DNA of 64,000 nucleotides from an uncultured SAR86 cluster bacterium (GCA_902624425.1 CACNXK010000003.1:41798-105797), one strand, 5' to 3'. Shown: positions 29,546 to 39,035, counted from the stretch's first letter. The notes: generated by a model from the sequence alone, not told the origin. Made by a program: numbers and translations.

Positions 29546-30464
29546 TAAATTTAGACTTTTAAATCCATTTTCTAAAAAGTATAAAAAAGTTTTATCTTTT
29601 GATGGTGGAGGTGTTAGAGCAATCATAGGAGTATATTTTCTTAAGAGATTAGAAAGTGAGTCATCAAAAAGTATTTTTGATTCATTTGATCTATTTATTG
29701 GAACAAGCGCAGGCGCAACAAATGCATTGATGCTGGGTATGAATGGATCAAGGGTTGATGATATTGAAAAATTCTGGACTGTAAAGAACTTAAAAAAAAT
29801 AATGAACCAATCTCTAATAGATAAGACTTCAATCTTTCAAACAAGACCTAAGTATACAAATGAAGGCAAAAAGGAAATTCTTCATTACTTTTTTGAAAAC
29901 AAAAAGATAGGAGATTCATTAAAGCCAGTGGTTGTGACTGCTTATGATTTAGAGGCTCGAAAACCTATCCTGCTCTCAAGTTATTCAGATCCAGAAATAT
30001 CAGCAGTCCAAGCTGCAAACGCCTCAAGCGCAGCACCAATATATTTCCCAACAGCTAGCATGGAAGATGGAAGGTGGCTTATTGATGGAGGAATTGCTAC
30101 AAATAATCCAGCCTTACTTGGGTATATTGAAGCTAAAAAACTTTTTGGTACTGATAACCTTAAGATTCTTGGAATTGGCGCTGGTTTAAATAAAAGAAAG
30201 ATTAGTGGAAAGAATTCAAGAAATTGGGGAGCGCTTGGATGGATGCGTCATGACATTCTTGGAATTATGCTCGAGTCAAGTTTGCAGAATGAGATTTTGA
30301 AAGACTTAATCGGCGATAATTATTTACGAGTTAACTCTCCAATAGGAAATGTGAATCGAAGAATGGATGATATGTCACAAAGAAATTTACAGAGAATTAA
30401 AGAGCTCGCAGACGATTGGTGGGAAAAATTTGGTAAAAAGGCACTTAATTTAATAAATTCATAA
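29538..30464 (+). CDS. Patatin-like phospholipase
   Basis: Oxyanion GGGVRAIIG, nucleophile elbow GTSAGA, catalytic Asp in IDGGIATNNP. Overlaps the upstream gene by 8 nt. Confidence 0.88.
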   Translation: MNNKFRLLNPFSKKYKKVLSFDGGGVRAIIGVYFLKRLESESSKSIFDSFDLFIGTSAGATNALMLGMNGSRVDDIEKFWTVKNLKKIMNQSLIDKTSIFQTRPKYTNEGKKEILHYFFENKKIGDSLKPVVVTAYDLEARKPILLSSYSDPEISAVQAANASSAAPIYFPTASMEDGRWLIDGGIATNNPALLGYIEAKKLFGTDNLKILGIGAGLNKRKISGKNSRNWGALGWMRHDILGIMLESSLQNEILKDLIGDNYLRVNSPIGNVNRRMDDMSQRNLQRIKELADDWWEKFGKKALNLINS

Positions 30465-30532
30465 ACTATATGTATTACATTTGTTAAAACTATTGTAAAC
30501 TCACGATTCATTTATTTTTTATAAGGATTTTT

Positions 30533-30778
30533 ATGAATATTTACGTTGGAAACCTACCTTGGTCTATTGATGATCAGCAGTTAGAAGATCTTTTCAAAGA
30601 ACATGGTGAGGTTACCTCAGCAAGAGTCATCACTGACCGTTTTACAAAAAGATCAAGAGGCTTTGGCTTCGTTGAAATGGAAAGTGGAGCTGAGGAAGCA
30701 ATTCAAGCTTTAAATGATTCGGAAGTTGAAGGAAGAAAGCTTGTTGTAAATGAATCTAAGCCAAAAGAAGATAGGTAG
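30533..30778 (+). CDS. RRM-type RNA-binding protein
   Basis: 81 aa. RNP2 IYVGNL and RNP1 RGFGFVEM. Confidence 0.9.
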   Translation: MNIYVGNLPWSIDDQQLEDLFKEHGEVTSARVITDRFTKRSRGFGFVEMESGAEEAIQALNDSEVEGRKLVVNESKPKEDR

Positions 30779-30868
30779 ATTAAATCATAAAAATATAGCT
30801 GAGGCTTGACATACAAAGCGTATTTTTATTCAATTGACATACATTTTACTCACTAGTTAGGGGAATAC

Positions 30869-33800
30869 ATGAATATAAGAAACTTTTTAGTATTTACTAT
30901 GGTGCTTTTTGTTGCACCAAACTATGTTTTTGCGCAGGATAATGATGCAGCTACTGATGTAGAAGAGGTTATAGTAACTGCAACAAAACGTGAAACAAAC
31001 TTAATGGAAACACCGCTCGCTGTATCAGTGATAACGCAAGAGCAAATGGCTTTGCAGGGTCTTTCCAGAATATCAGATCTCTCATCACTCGTACCAAACT
31101 TAGTAGTTGGTAACTCTGGTGAGGATTCTGGTGTATCTATTGCTATTAGAGGTGTTAGTTCTAATAATTATACTGAGCTTGGTGATCCAACAGTTGCTGT
31201 CCATGTTGATGGAATGTATACACCAAGAGCTCAAGCTGCATTAGCTTTAGCACATGACATAGAAAGAATTGAGGTACTTAGAGGACCACAAGGGACATTA
31301 TTCGGTAGAAATTCAACCTCTGGTGCTGTTAACGTTATTTCGGCAAGACCAAAGTTTGGTGATGAAATTTCTGGAAGAATGGGCCTAAGACTTTCTGCTG
31401 ATGGAAGAAATATGACAGAAGTTGATGGTTTTTTAAATATTCCTGTTAGCGATGAAATTGCTTTCAGAGCGTCTTTTAAATCTTCATTAGCAGATTCATT
31501 CATTAATCAAACAGTCGATAGATATGACTGGTCTCTTGATTACAATCGAGATGGAAAAATTGGCCAAAATGTTTCTGGTCCAGGTGGAGCAGAGCAAGGA
31601 ACAGTAACTTGGGCTGATGGAAGAGATATAGTTGCTGATGGAATTCCAAATGTAGATCAAAGAAGAGCAAGGCAAGTCAATGCAAGTGATGCTTACTATA
31701 ATGTAGATAACGAGGCTATGCGACTTGGGATGCTATATGCACCAGTTGATAAGGATTTTGAGTGGTATTTATCCTTTGATTCTTTTCAAGATAATGGAGC
31801 AGGATCAATTTATTTAAAAGATTGTGAGCAAGCAGAAATGTCTAGAGGAATGGAATATGATTTCTCTTGCGATACTGGTGCGAGCGATCCATTTCATGCT
31901 GCTATCAATAACCCAGGTGAACTAGATCTGTCTATTGAGACTGTAAGATCAGAGTTAAAGTTTCAGGTTAATGATAACGTTGTTGGCGAATTAAGAATTG
32001 CTGTTGGTGAGCATGACAGATATCAAATGTATGACGGAGATGGCGGTTTTCACACTTCTCCAACACATCCAGCTTATGGTTTTGTAAGAAATCATCCTGA
32101 CTCAATGGGATTAAATGCTGATGCAGCTGCAGGTAATTTTGGAGGCCTATTTGGTCAACAATATGGATGGGGACCTAGAGTTCCAGTTTCAGCTGGTGTT
32201 GGATATAACAATGACGTTTATTATAGAAATACTGCATGGGAATTTGGTTATGATAATTGCCAAGTTGAATGGAATAACGGTAATCCTTTTCAATATGGGT
32301 GTCAGTACTCATTTTGGATGATGGATGTTGATAGAGTTGCTGGCTTGTTGGGATTAGAACCAAGTAACGGAGCAGCTGCGGCTCTTAATAATGCTGTAAA
32401 ACCAATGTGGTTCGATGAGTTATACAGAACCATCCAAAATAATAAGTCCAATGTTCTTGAGTTCCAGCTAAAGTCTGATGGAGATGGTGATGTTCAATGG
32501 GTAGCTGGAGTCTTCCATATGGAAGAAGAAACATATACTAGATTTGATGTAGAGATGCCTTTCTTAGGACCAATTATTAGACCTCTACATGAAGTTTATC
32601 TTCAGCCTGAGAGAACTACTGAAACATCAGCAATATTTGGTCAATTAGATTATAAAACTGGTGTCGATGGTCTTAACCTTACAGTCGGATACAGACATAC
32701 CTGGGATGAGAAAAGAGATGTTGGTGGAAGAACTTATAAGACCTATGGTTATTTTGACAATGCCAATGCCTATTGTAATGCAGCAGCAGGAACTCCAGAG
32801 TGTTTCTGGTTTGAAAGCTATGATTTTGTTGGTGTCACAACTCTTACAGGTTTTGATGGAACAAATTTCACATTTTCTCCATGGGATGCTTACTATCAGT
32901 CAGATGATTTAACAGCAAATATGGGTATTTCTGGAAGTGATGATCTATCTGCATTTACGGCTAATGCTAAAAATGATTATGACGCTAAATGGGATCAAGG
33001 AACATGGAGACTTGGAGCTGACTATGTCGCAAATGAAGATCTATTCTTATATGCATCAGTAGCTACTGGTTATAAAGCTGGTGGTTTTGGTGATAATGTT
33101 GATAGAGGTGATGGTCAATTTATCAATTTTGAATATGATCCAGAATTTAATACAACATATGAGATTGGTTTTAAATCTGTTCATTTAGATGGTGATCTCA
33201 AATTACTCGGAAATGTTTTCTATAGTGATTATGAGGACATGCAAAGGACTCTTTTTGGTTTTGTTGGATACAGAGAGCTTGATGGTCAAGCTATTTATAC
33301 ATTAATGACCAAGAATGTTCCTAATTCAACTATTCAAGGTGTCGAACTAGAATTTGACTGGAAACCATACGAAGCTGGTAGATTATTTGGTTGGGTTTCT
33401 TTGCTAGAAACCGAAAATGGTGGATCAAGTACATCTGAGGCAACTCAAGATGGTTATCTTTGTTTAGAGAGGGCTCTTGTGGGTGTTGATCCTTGTTCAG
33501 CTGATGGCACTATTGACCTAAGTGGTAAGCATTTAACATGGTCTCCAGAGAAATCATGGAATCTCCAGTTTGAACACAATACTTATACAGGAAATGGCTT
33601 TAGAATCATGAACATTATCAATGTAAATTACACTGGCGAAATGTTCTATAACGAAAGTAATTACGACAAAGCACCATTCCACAGTGGAAGAGATGATCTC
33701 TATACTGTTAATACAAGCATGGTGTTTATAAATGAGGCAAATGCATGGGGGTTAGAGTTTTATATTCATAATGCCACTGATGAGCTGATTAAAACTGACT

Positions 33801-33883
33801 CATATCCTGCTAATGCTGGTTTTGTAAAAGCTATGTATGCTCCGCCAATGGCATATGGAGTAAGATTCCAGAAGGATTTTTAA
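30869..33883 (+). CDS. TonB-dependent outer-membrane receptor (1004 aa)
   Basis: Signal peptide, TonB box/plug EEVIVTATKRETNLMETPLAVSVIT, IEVLRGPQGTLFGRNSTSGAVN, and a C-terminal aromatic residue (...RFQKDF). Confidence 0.93.
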   Translation: MNIRNFLVFTMVLFVAPNYVFAQDNDAATDVEEVIVTATKRETNLMETPLAVSVITQEQMALQGLSRISDLSSLVPNLVVGNSGEDSGVSIAIRGVSSNNYTELGDPTVAVHVDGMYTPRAQAALALAHDIERIEVLRGPQGTLFGRNSTSGAVNVISARPKFGDEISGRMGLRLSADGRNMTEVDGFLNIPVSDEIAFRASFKSSLADSFINQTVDRYDWSLDYNRDGKIGQNVSGPGGAEQGTVTWADGRDIVADGIPNVDQRRARQVNASDAYYNVDNEAMRLGMLYAPVDKDFEWYLSFDSFQDNGAGSIYLKDCEQAEMSRGMEYDFSCDTGASDPFHAAINNPGELDLSIETVRSELKFQVNDNVVGELRIAVGEHDRYQMYDGDGGFHTSPTHPAYGFVRNHPDSMGLNADAAAGNFGGLFGQQYGWGPRVPVSAGVGYNNDVYYRNTAWEFGYDNCQVEWNNGNPFQYGCQYSFWMMDVDRVAGLLGLEPSNGAAAALNNAVKPMWFDELYRTIQNNKSNVLEFQLKSDGDGDVQWVAGVFHMEEETYTRFDVEMPFLGPIIRPLHEVYLQPERTTETSAIFGQLDYKTGVDGLNLTVGYRHTWDEKRDVGGRTYKTYGYFDNANAYCNAAAGTPECFWFESYDFVGVTTLTGFDGTNFTFSPWDAYYQSDDLTANMGISGSDDLSAFTANAKNDYDAKWDQGTWRLGADYVANEDLFLYASVATGYKAGGFGDNVDRGDGQFINFEYDPEFNTTYEIGFKSVHLDGDLKLLGNVFYSDYEDMQRTLFGFVGYRELDGQAIYTLMTKNVPNSTIQGVELEFDWKPYEAGRLFGWVSLLETENGGSSTSEATQDGYLCLERALVGVDPCSADGTIDLSGKHLTWSPEKSWNLQFEHNTYTGNGFRIMNIINVNYTGEMFYNESNYDKAPFHSGRDDLYTVNTSMVFINEANAWGLEFYIHNATDELIKTDSYPANAGFVKAMYAPPMAYGVRFQKDF

Positions 33884-33904
33884 TTTAATATCATTTAAAA
33901 AAGA

Positions 33905-33930
33905 GGAGAGCAAAAGCTCTCCTTTTTTTT
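33905..33930 (+). terminator. Rho-independent terminator after the TonB-dependent receptor
   Basis: Stem GGAGAGC / GCTCTCC, loop AAAA, followed by eight T. Confidence 0.85.
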
Positions 33931-33952
33931 GATTTAAATTTATAATTATCTT

Positions 33953-34345
33953 ATGTCAAATGCATCAAATTATATAAAAAAATGGCATCAGGTAATGCTT
34001 GAAGGAAAAATGGAACTTCTTGATAACCTTCTCAATGATAATGCTACTTTTTATTCACCCGTAGTTTTCACACCACTTGAAGGCAAAGAAATTACAAAAA
34101 TGTATCTAAGCGCAGCTGGTCTTTCATTCAATATGGATAGCTTTAAATACACTAGAGAATTGAATGATGGTAATCACTCTGTTCTAGAGTTCGAGACTAC
34201 AATTGATGACATAAGCGTAAATGGGGTGGATATGATTGAGTGGGATGATGATGGCAAGATACTTAATTTTAAAGTCATGATTAGACCCTTTAAAGCAGTT
34301 GAAATCGTTAGAGCAAAAATGGTTGAAGCTCTTGAACAAATTTAG
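33953..34345 (+). CDS. NTF2/SnoaL-like small protein
   Basis: 130 aa. W..M..G....L..LL.DN..F.SPVV..P..GK pattern typical of SnoaL-like folds. Confidence 0.55.
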   Translation: MSNASNYIKKWHQVMLEGKMELLDNLLNDNATFYSPVVFTPLEGKEITKMYLSAAGLSFNMDSFKYTRELNDGNHSVLEFETTIDDISVNGVDMIEWDDDGKILNFKVMIRPFKAVEIVRAKMVEALEQI

Positions 34346-34478
34346 TTGAATACTTTATTTTATCAAGCAGCCTACGGTGATTGGTTAGTCAAATTAGGTG
34401 CAAGCATTGAACATGGAAAAGTAGATGATACTGATTCTAAAACCGATGTATTAGTGTTTACTGAGATTAAAGATCGAC

Positions 34479-35204
34479 TTAATTAGCCATTGCCGCTTCG
34501 TTATAGGCAGATATTAGTATTTGCCAATCGGCCTGTTGCCAATAAATATTTTGTAATCGTTTTTCTTTCTCAAATGATCGCTTTAAACGCGCTATGTTTG
34601 AGTTTTTCCAATTACTGCCTTGTTTAATTTGGCATTTATCAAAATCAATTAACCAAACCTCGTTTTCTATATCGAGCATAATGTTGTGGATATTTAAATC
34701 GTGGAGATAAATCTGATGATGATGAAATTTGGCAATGGTTTGACCAATTTTTTTCCAAACATCAGCGGTTAAGCTGTTTGCTAGTAAAATATGATGTAAG
34801 TCCTTAGCGCTGGGAATTTTTTTTAGAATGATATCGGCTTGGTAATATAAGCCAGTCCTCTTCAACATCGCTGCGATCGGGGTTGGACAATTTAAATCCA
34901 TATTTTTCATGTGCTGTAGCAGCTTAAATTCTCGCCATGCTCGTGATTTTTCAATGCCTGTATACATATATTGATCACTTAGTACTTTTCCAATCAAGCC
35001 ACCGCGACGATAGTGCCGTAACACATATTCATTTTTGTTATGTTTAAAAAAGTAGGTGGTGCCACGGCCAGTTGCCTGTCCTGTTATGGCATTTTGTGTC
35101 TTCCAATATTGGCCCGTAAACATTTTTGGGACAGGTATAGGGAAATGGTTTGCATCAAACAACATGATGTGGGACTTAACTGATTTTTGTTGTATGTATG
35201 CCAT
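34479..35204 (-). CDS. kdkA: 3-deoxy-D-manno-octulosonic acid (Kdo) kinase
   Basis: YVLRHYRRGGLIGKVLSDQY and LHDLNIHNIMLD...WLIDFDK match the KdkA family pattern. G+C is higher than in the flanks. Confidence 0.85.
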   Translation of the reverse strand: MAYIQQKSVKSHIMLFDANHFPIPVPKMFTGQYWKTQNAITGQATGRGTTYFFKHNKNEYVLRHYRRGGLIGKVLSDQYMYTGIEKSRAWREFKLLQHMKNMDLNCPTPIAAMLKRTGLYYQADIILKKIPSAKDLHHILLANSLTADVWKKIGQTIAKFHHHQIYLHDLNIHNIMLDIENEVWLIDFDKCQIKQGSNWKNSNIARLKRSFEKEKRLQNIYWQQADWQILISAYNEAAMAN

Positions 35205-35208
35205 GTAA

Positions 35209-36114
35209 CTATTTTTGGCTTAAACGGATTTTACTTCGCACTTTAGACAATTGAGAATTTTCTTTATAACGTCCTTTTGTAACATGATGAATATGAAAAA
35301 CACCATGAATATGCTTAGGCTCACCATCAGTGCCAAGTAGCCAGCGAAAGGCGGTGTCTTCATAGGTTTTACGCCAGCGGTCAGATTCAGTTTGAAATAT
35401 TGACAGTTTTTCACAATAACCTATAGCACGAGCAACGTCACCATGAACAATTTGAAATGCGCCGCGTGCTTTATCACGGGATTTATCACGCTCATATAAA
35501 CTGAAATTTTCTGTTTCTATATCGATAACTTGTGGTTGGGCATCATTTGACAACAATGGGTCATCATCTTCTAACATCTCAGTGATTTTTTCTTCCTTAG
35601 GAAAAAACAATGAACCTTTCTCGCCTTGTAAACTATCGGCGAGTGAGTCTAAACAGTTCTCATAAAAGATAACGTCGCAATCTGTAAACCATATCCAGTC
35701 AGCTTCTGTTGACCGTGCAGCCATATTTCGGCCTATACCACGTCTAAAGAGCTTTCCTTTGGTAAGAGGGTGGAAATTCCAAGTTATGTTTGGCGTAGTT
35801 ATTTGACTAAAGAAGTCCAATGTAGCCTTTGTTTTAGTATCTTCCTCAGCATAAAAAACGGTCACAGTTAAATTTAGTTTTGTTGGTGGATAGTTTACAA
35901 ACGAACTTAATTGATAGGTTAACATGTTGGCATAACCCCAACAGTGACTAACAATTTCTAAATCAAACTTTCCCTTTACTGCCTTGCGATCTGCTTCAGC
36001 AGGTATTTTATCGCGAAACAATGACTGCGGTAAAATACGACCAAACACTAAACGATAAGCTTGTATAGCAAAGCTATTAAAGACATTTGGTGAAAATGTT
36101 TTTGTTTCTATCAT
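35209..36114 (-). CDS. GT-A fold glycosyltransferase (probable LPS core)
   Basis: RNMAARSTEADWIWFTDCDVIF (DxD-type motif). Lies 4 nt upstream of kdkA and shares its higher G+C. Confidence 0.6.
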   Translation of the reverse strand: MIETKTFSPNVFNSFAIQAYRLVFGRILPQSLFRDKIPAEADRKAVKGKFDLEIVSHCWGYANMLTYQLSSFVNYPPTKLNLTVTVFYAEEDTKTKATLDFFSQITTPNITWNFHPLTKGKLFRRGIGRNMAARSTEADWIWFTDCDVIFYENCLDSLADSLQGEKGSLFFPKEEKITEMLEDDDPLLSNDAQPQVIDIETENFSLYERDKSRDKARGAFQIVHGDVARAIGYCEKLSIFQTESDRWRKTYEDTAFRWLLGTDGEPKHIHGVFHIHHVTKGRYKENSQLSKVRSKIRLSQK

Positions 36115-36242
36115 GATAAATAAGTAAGCCTACTCATTTCTTAAAAATCTAATAAAAGTTCCACAATCCTAATCATACCAAAATGATGAGTAATGATGAG
36201 TTTTATGAATCTCTTTCATAACTAAACTTTTTATAATTCTGC

Positions 36243-36271
36243 TTGAAAGCCTATTCCATTGCAGTTATATT
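36243..36271 (+). promoter_or_regulatory. Sigma-70 type promoter for tRNA-Gly(GCC)
   Basis: TTGAAA (36243-36248), 17 nt, TATATT (36266-36271). The tRNA starts at 36289. Confidence 0.6.
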
Positions 36272-36288
36272 TACTACCCACTTGTGAT

Positions 36289-36364
36289 GCGGGAATAGCT
36301 CAGCTGGTAGAGCGCAACCTTGCCAAGGTTGAGGTCGCGAGTTCGAACCTCGTTTCCCGCTCCA
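36289..36364 (+). tRNA. tRNA-Gly (anticodon GCC)
   Basis: GCGGGAATAGCTCAGCTGGTAGAGCGCAACCTTGCCAAGGTTGAGGTCGCGAGTTCGAACCTCGTTTCCCGCTCCA. Full cloverleaf, loop TTGCCAA. Confidence 0.95.
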
Positions 36365-36377
36365 AATTAGAACCAAA

Positions 36378-36854
36378 ATGAAAGAATTATTTCCCTATTA
36401 CGGCAAAAAAATATTAGTTACAAGTGAAATGTGTGATCACAATGGTCATATGAATACGGGTTCATATACAAAATGTTTTGATGACTGTTGGGGCCAAATG
36501 TATGTAGACATGGGGTTTGATGATAAATATTTTAATGATGGCTTTTCAACTTTTACATTAGAAGAAAATTTAAAGTACTTTAAAGAGTTCTTGGAAGGTG
36601 ATTTTATTTATCCCTTTTTCCGTATTGTAGGATTGAATAAAAAGTGCATTCATATCCTCGGCTGTCTTTTAGATTCTAATAATAATATCTCAACAGTTTA
36701 TGAAACGGTTCTTGGTCACATTGATATGAATTTACGTAAAATGGTTGAAATGGATGACCCCTTTTTTAATTCAATTAAAAATTTGAAGCATCATCATGAC
36801 AATTATGGGAATCTTCCTTTTGATTTAAGGTTAGCAGTTAAAGAAAGCGTTTAA
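36378..36854 (+). CDS. Hotdog-fold acyl-CoA thioesterase (4HBT/YbgC-like)
   Basis: 158 aa. CDHNGHMNTGSYTKCFDD resembles the D..GHVnn..Y..yf motif. Confidence 0.55.
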   Translation: MKELFPYYGKKILVTSEMCDHNGHMNTGSYTKCFDDCWGQMYVDMGFDDKYFNDGFSTFTLEENLKYFKEFLEGDFIYPFFRIVGLNKKCIHILGCLLDSNNNISTVYETVLGHIDMNLRKMVEMDDPFFNSIKNLKHHHDNYGNLPFDLRLAVKESV

Positions 36855-36869
36855 GACCTCTGATAAAAT

Positions 36870-39035
36870 ATGGATATGAAAAATTACGTAAAACGTCAAA
36901 ACTTGAGCATTCATAGTGCACTTGATAGATTCCTATCTGATGAAGTCTTGGTTGGGCTTAATATAGATGCAGAAGAATTCTGGAATAATTTCGAAGAACT
37001 TCTTAATAAATTTCACGAAAGAAATAAAGATTTATTAAAAAAGAGATCTTTTTTGCAAGATCAGATTTCTGATTGGCATAAAAATAATGATCTGAACTTA
37101 GATGAATATAAAAAGTTTTTAATTGAAATCGGTTATTTAGAAAAAACTCCTGATGATTTCACAATTACAACTGAAAACACAGATCAAGAAATATCTAGCA
37201 TTCCAGGTCCGCAGTTAGTCGTCCCAATAATGAATGCAAGATTTGCCTTAAATGCAACAAATGCAAGATGGGGTAGTCTTTATGATGCACTTTATGGAAC
37301 AGATGTTATTTCGGAAGATGAAGGTGCAACAAGAGAAGGACCCTATAATGAAATCAGAGGAAATAAGGTAATAGACTATGCAAAACAATTTTTAGATGAT
37401 TGTTTTCCAATCGAAGACTTCAGCCACAGTGATGTTTCACATATCACTATAGAAAATCAAAGACTGGTATTTTGTTCTGACCAAGAACAAATTTCCTATT
37501 TGAAAGACGAGTCTCAATTCAAAGGTTTCAATGGTATTTTTGAAAGTCCAACTGCAATTCTTTTAGTCAATAATAATCTTCATATAGAAATTCAAATAGA
37601 CTCTGATCATCCAGTTGGCAAGAGCGATAAAGCAAATATTAAAGATATTATTTTAGAATCTGCTGTCTCAACAATCCAAGACTGTGAAGATTCAGTCGCA
37701 GCTGTTGATGCAGAAGATAAAGTAACAGCCTACAGAAACTGGCTAGGTTTGATGAAAGGTGATCTTTCTGAATCATTTGAAAAGAATGGAAAACAAATTA
37801 CCAGAGTCTTAAAGGAAGATAGACAGTACTTAGATTTGGAAGGTAAAAGTTTTTCTCTTCCTGGAAGAAGTCTTTTGTTAGTCAGAAATGTAGGCCATTT
37901 AATGCAGAACTCTTCTGTAATTTTAGAAAATGGTGAGGAGGTATTTGAGGGTATTTTGGATGCTGTTTTTACTATTTGCATAGCACTTTATGATTTAAAA
38001 AATCTAAATAGTCTTTCAAATTCTAGAACTGGGAGCATGTATATTGTGAAGCCTAAAATGCATGGATCTGAGGAAGTAGCTTTTACTTGTGATTTATTTG
38101 ATGCTGTTGAAAAAATTTTTAAATTAAAAAAGAATACAGTTAAAGTTGGCATCATGGATGAGGAGAGAAGAACCACTTTAAACTTAAAATCATGTATTGA
38201 AAAAGCAAAAGAAAGAGTAATCTTCATTAATACAGGATTTTTAGATAGAACTGGTGATGAAATACATACAAGCATGGAAGCAGGAGCTATGGTTCCAAAA
38301 TCAGAGATGAAAATGCAGCCATGGATTAACTCATATGAGGACTGGAATGTAGACATTGGAATACAGTGTGGCTTGAATGGTAAAGCTCAAATCGGAAAAG
38401 GTATGTGGGCAATGCCTGATGAAATGAAGGAAATGGTAGAGACTAAAATTATTCATCCTTTATCTGGCGCAACATGTGCATGGGTTCCTTCACCTACAGC
38501 AGCAACACTTCATGCAATGCATTACCATGAAGTTGATGTTCTTTCTCAACAGGAAAAACTTTCTTCAAGAAAGTCTGCAGATATAGATAAGATCTTATCC
38601 ATACCACTTTTGAAAGATGATTTAGATAAGAAAACTATAAGGGATGAAATTGCAAATAGTGCTCAAGGCATTCTTGGATATGTAGTTAGATGGATTGACC
38701 AAGGTATAGGGTGCTCAAAAGTTCCTGATATTAATAATATAGGCTTAATGGAAGACAGGGCAACTTGTAGGATTTCCAGCCAACATATATCAAATTGGCT
38801 TCATCATGGTATCTGCTCAGAAGAGGAAGTGATTGATATTTTTAAAGAAATGGCCCTGGTAGTTGACGAACAGAATAAAGATGATCCTTTATATAATAAA
38901 ATGGGTTCAAATTTTTCTGGTTTTGCATTTCAGGCATCATTAGATTTAGCAATAAAGGGAGTAAATCAGCCAAGTGGATATACTGAACCTTTATTGCATA
39001 AATGGCGTTTAGAGTTTAAGAAAAATACTTCTTAA
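36870..39035 (+). CDS. glcB: Malate synthase G
   Basis: 721 aa. IPGPQLVVPIMNARFALNATNARWGSLYDALYGTD, MDEERRTT, and size typical of the G isoform. Confidence 0.93.
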   Translation: MDMKNYVKRQNLSIHSALDRFLSDEVLVGLNIDAEEFWNNFEELLNKFHERNKDLLKKRSFLQDQISDWHKNNDLNLDEYKKFLIEIGYLEKTPDDFTITTENTDQEISSIPGPQLVVPIMNARFALNATNARWGSLYDALYGTDVISEDEGATREGPYNEIRGNKVIDYAKQFLDDCFPIEDFSHSDVSHITIENQRLVFCSDQEQISYLKDESQFKGFNGIFESPTAILLVNNNLHIEIQIDSDHPVGKSDKANIKDIILESAVSTIQDCEDSVAAVDAEDKVTAYRNWLGLMKGDLSESFEKNGKQITRVLKEDRQYLDLEGKSFSLPGRSLLLVRNVGHLMQNSSVILENGEEVFEGILDAVFTICIALYDLKNLNSLSNSRTGSMYIVKPKMHGSEEVAFTCDLFDAVEKIFKLKKNTVKVGIMDEERRTTLNLKSCIEKAKERVIFINTGFLDRTGDEIHTSMEAGAMVPKSEMKMQPWINSYEDWNVDIGIQCGLNGKAQIGKGMWAMPDEMKEMVETKIIHPLSGATCAWVPSPTAATLHAMHYHEVDVLSQQEKLSSRKSADIDKILSIPLLKDDLDKKTIRDEIANSAQGILGYVVRWIDQGIGCSKVPDINNIGLMEDRATCRISSQHISNWLHHGICSEEEVIDIFKEMALVVDEQNKDDPLYNKMGSNFSGFAFQASLDLAIKGVNQPSGYTEPLLHKWRLEFKKNTS

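Noticed and set aside
29538-30464. Patatin-like phospholipase as the effector of an anti-phage system (CBASS or similar).
   Set aside because: No cyclase, nucleotidyltransferase, sensor or other partner gene is adjacent. The neighbours are housekeeping-type genes (thrC-like, RRM protein). A lone patatin is insufficient evidence.
34346-36364. kdkA-glycosyltransferase islet as a tRNA-targeted integrative element.
   Set aside because: I found no integrase, excisionase or transposase, and no direct repeat of the tRNA-Gly 3' end. The islet lies on the 5' side of the tRNA. It is reported only as a compositional islet.
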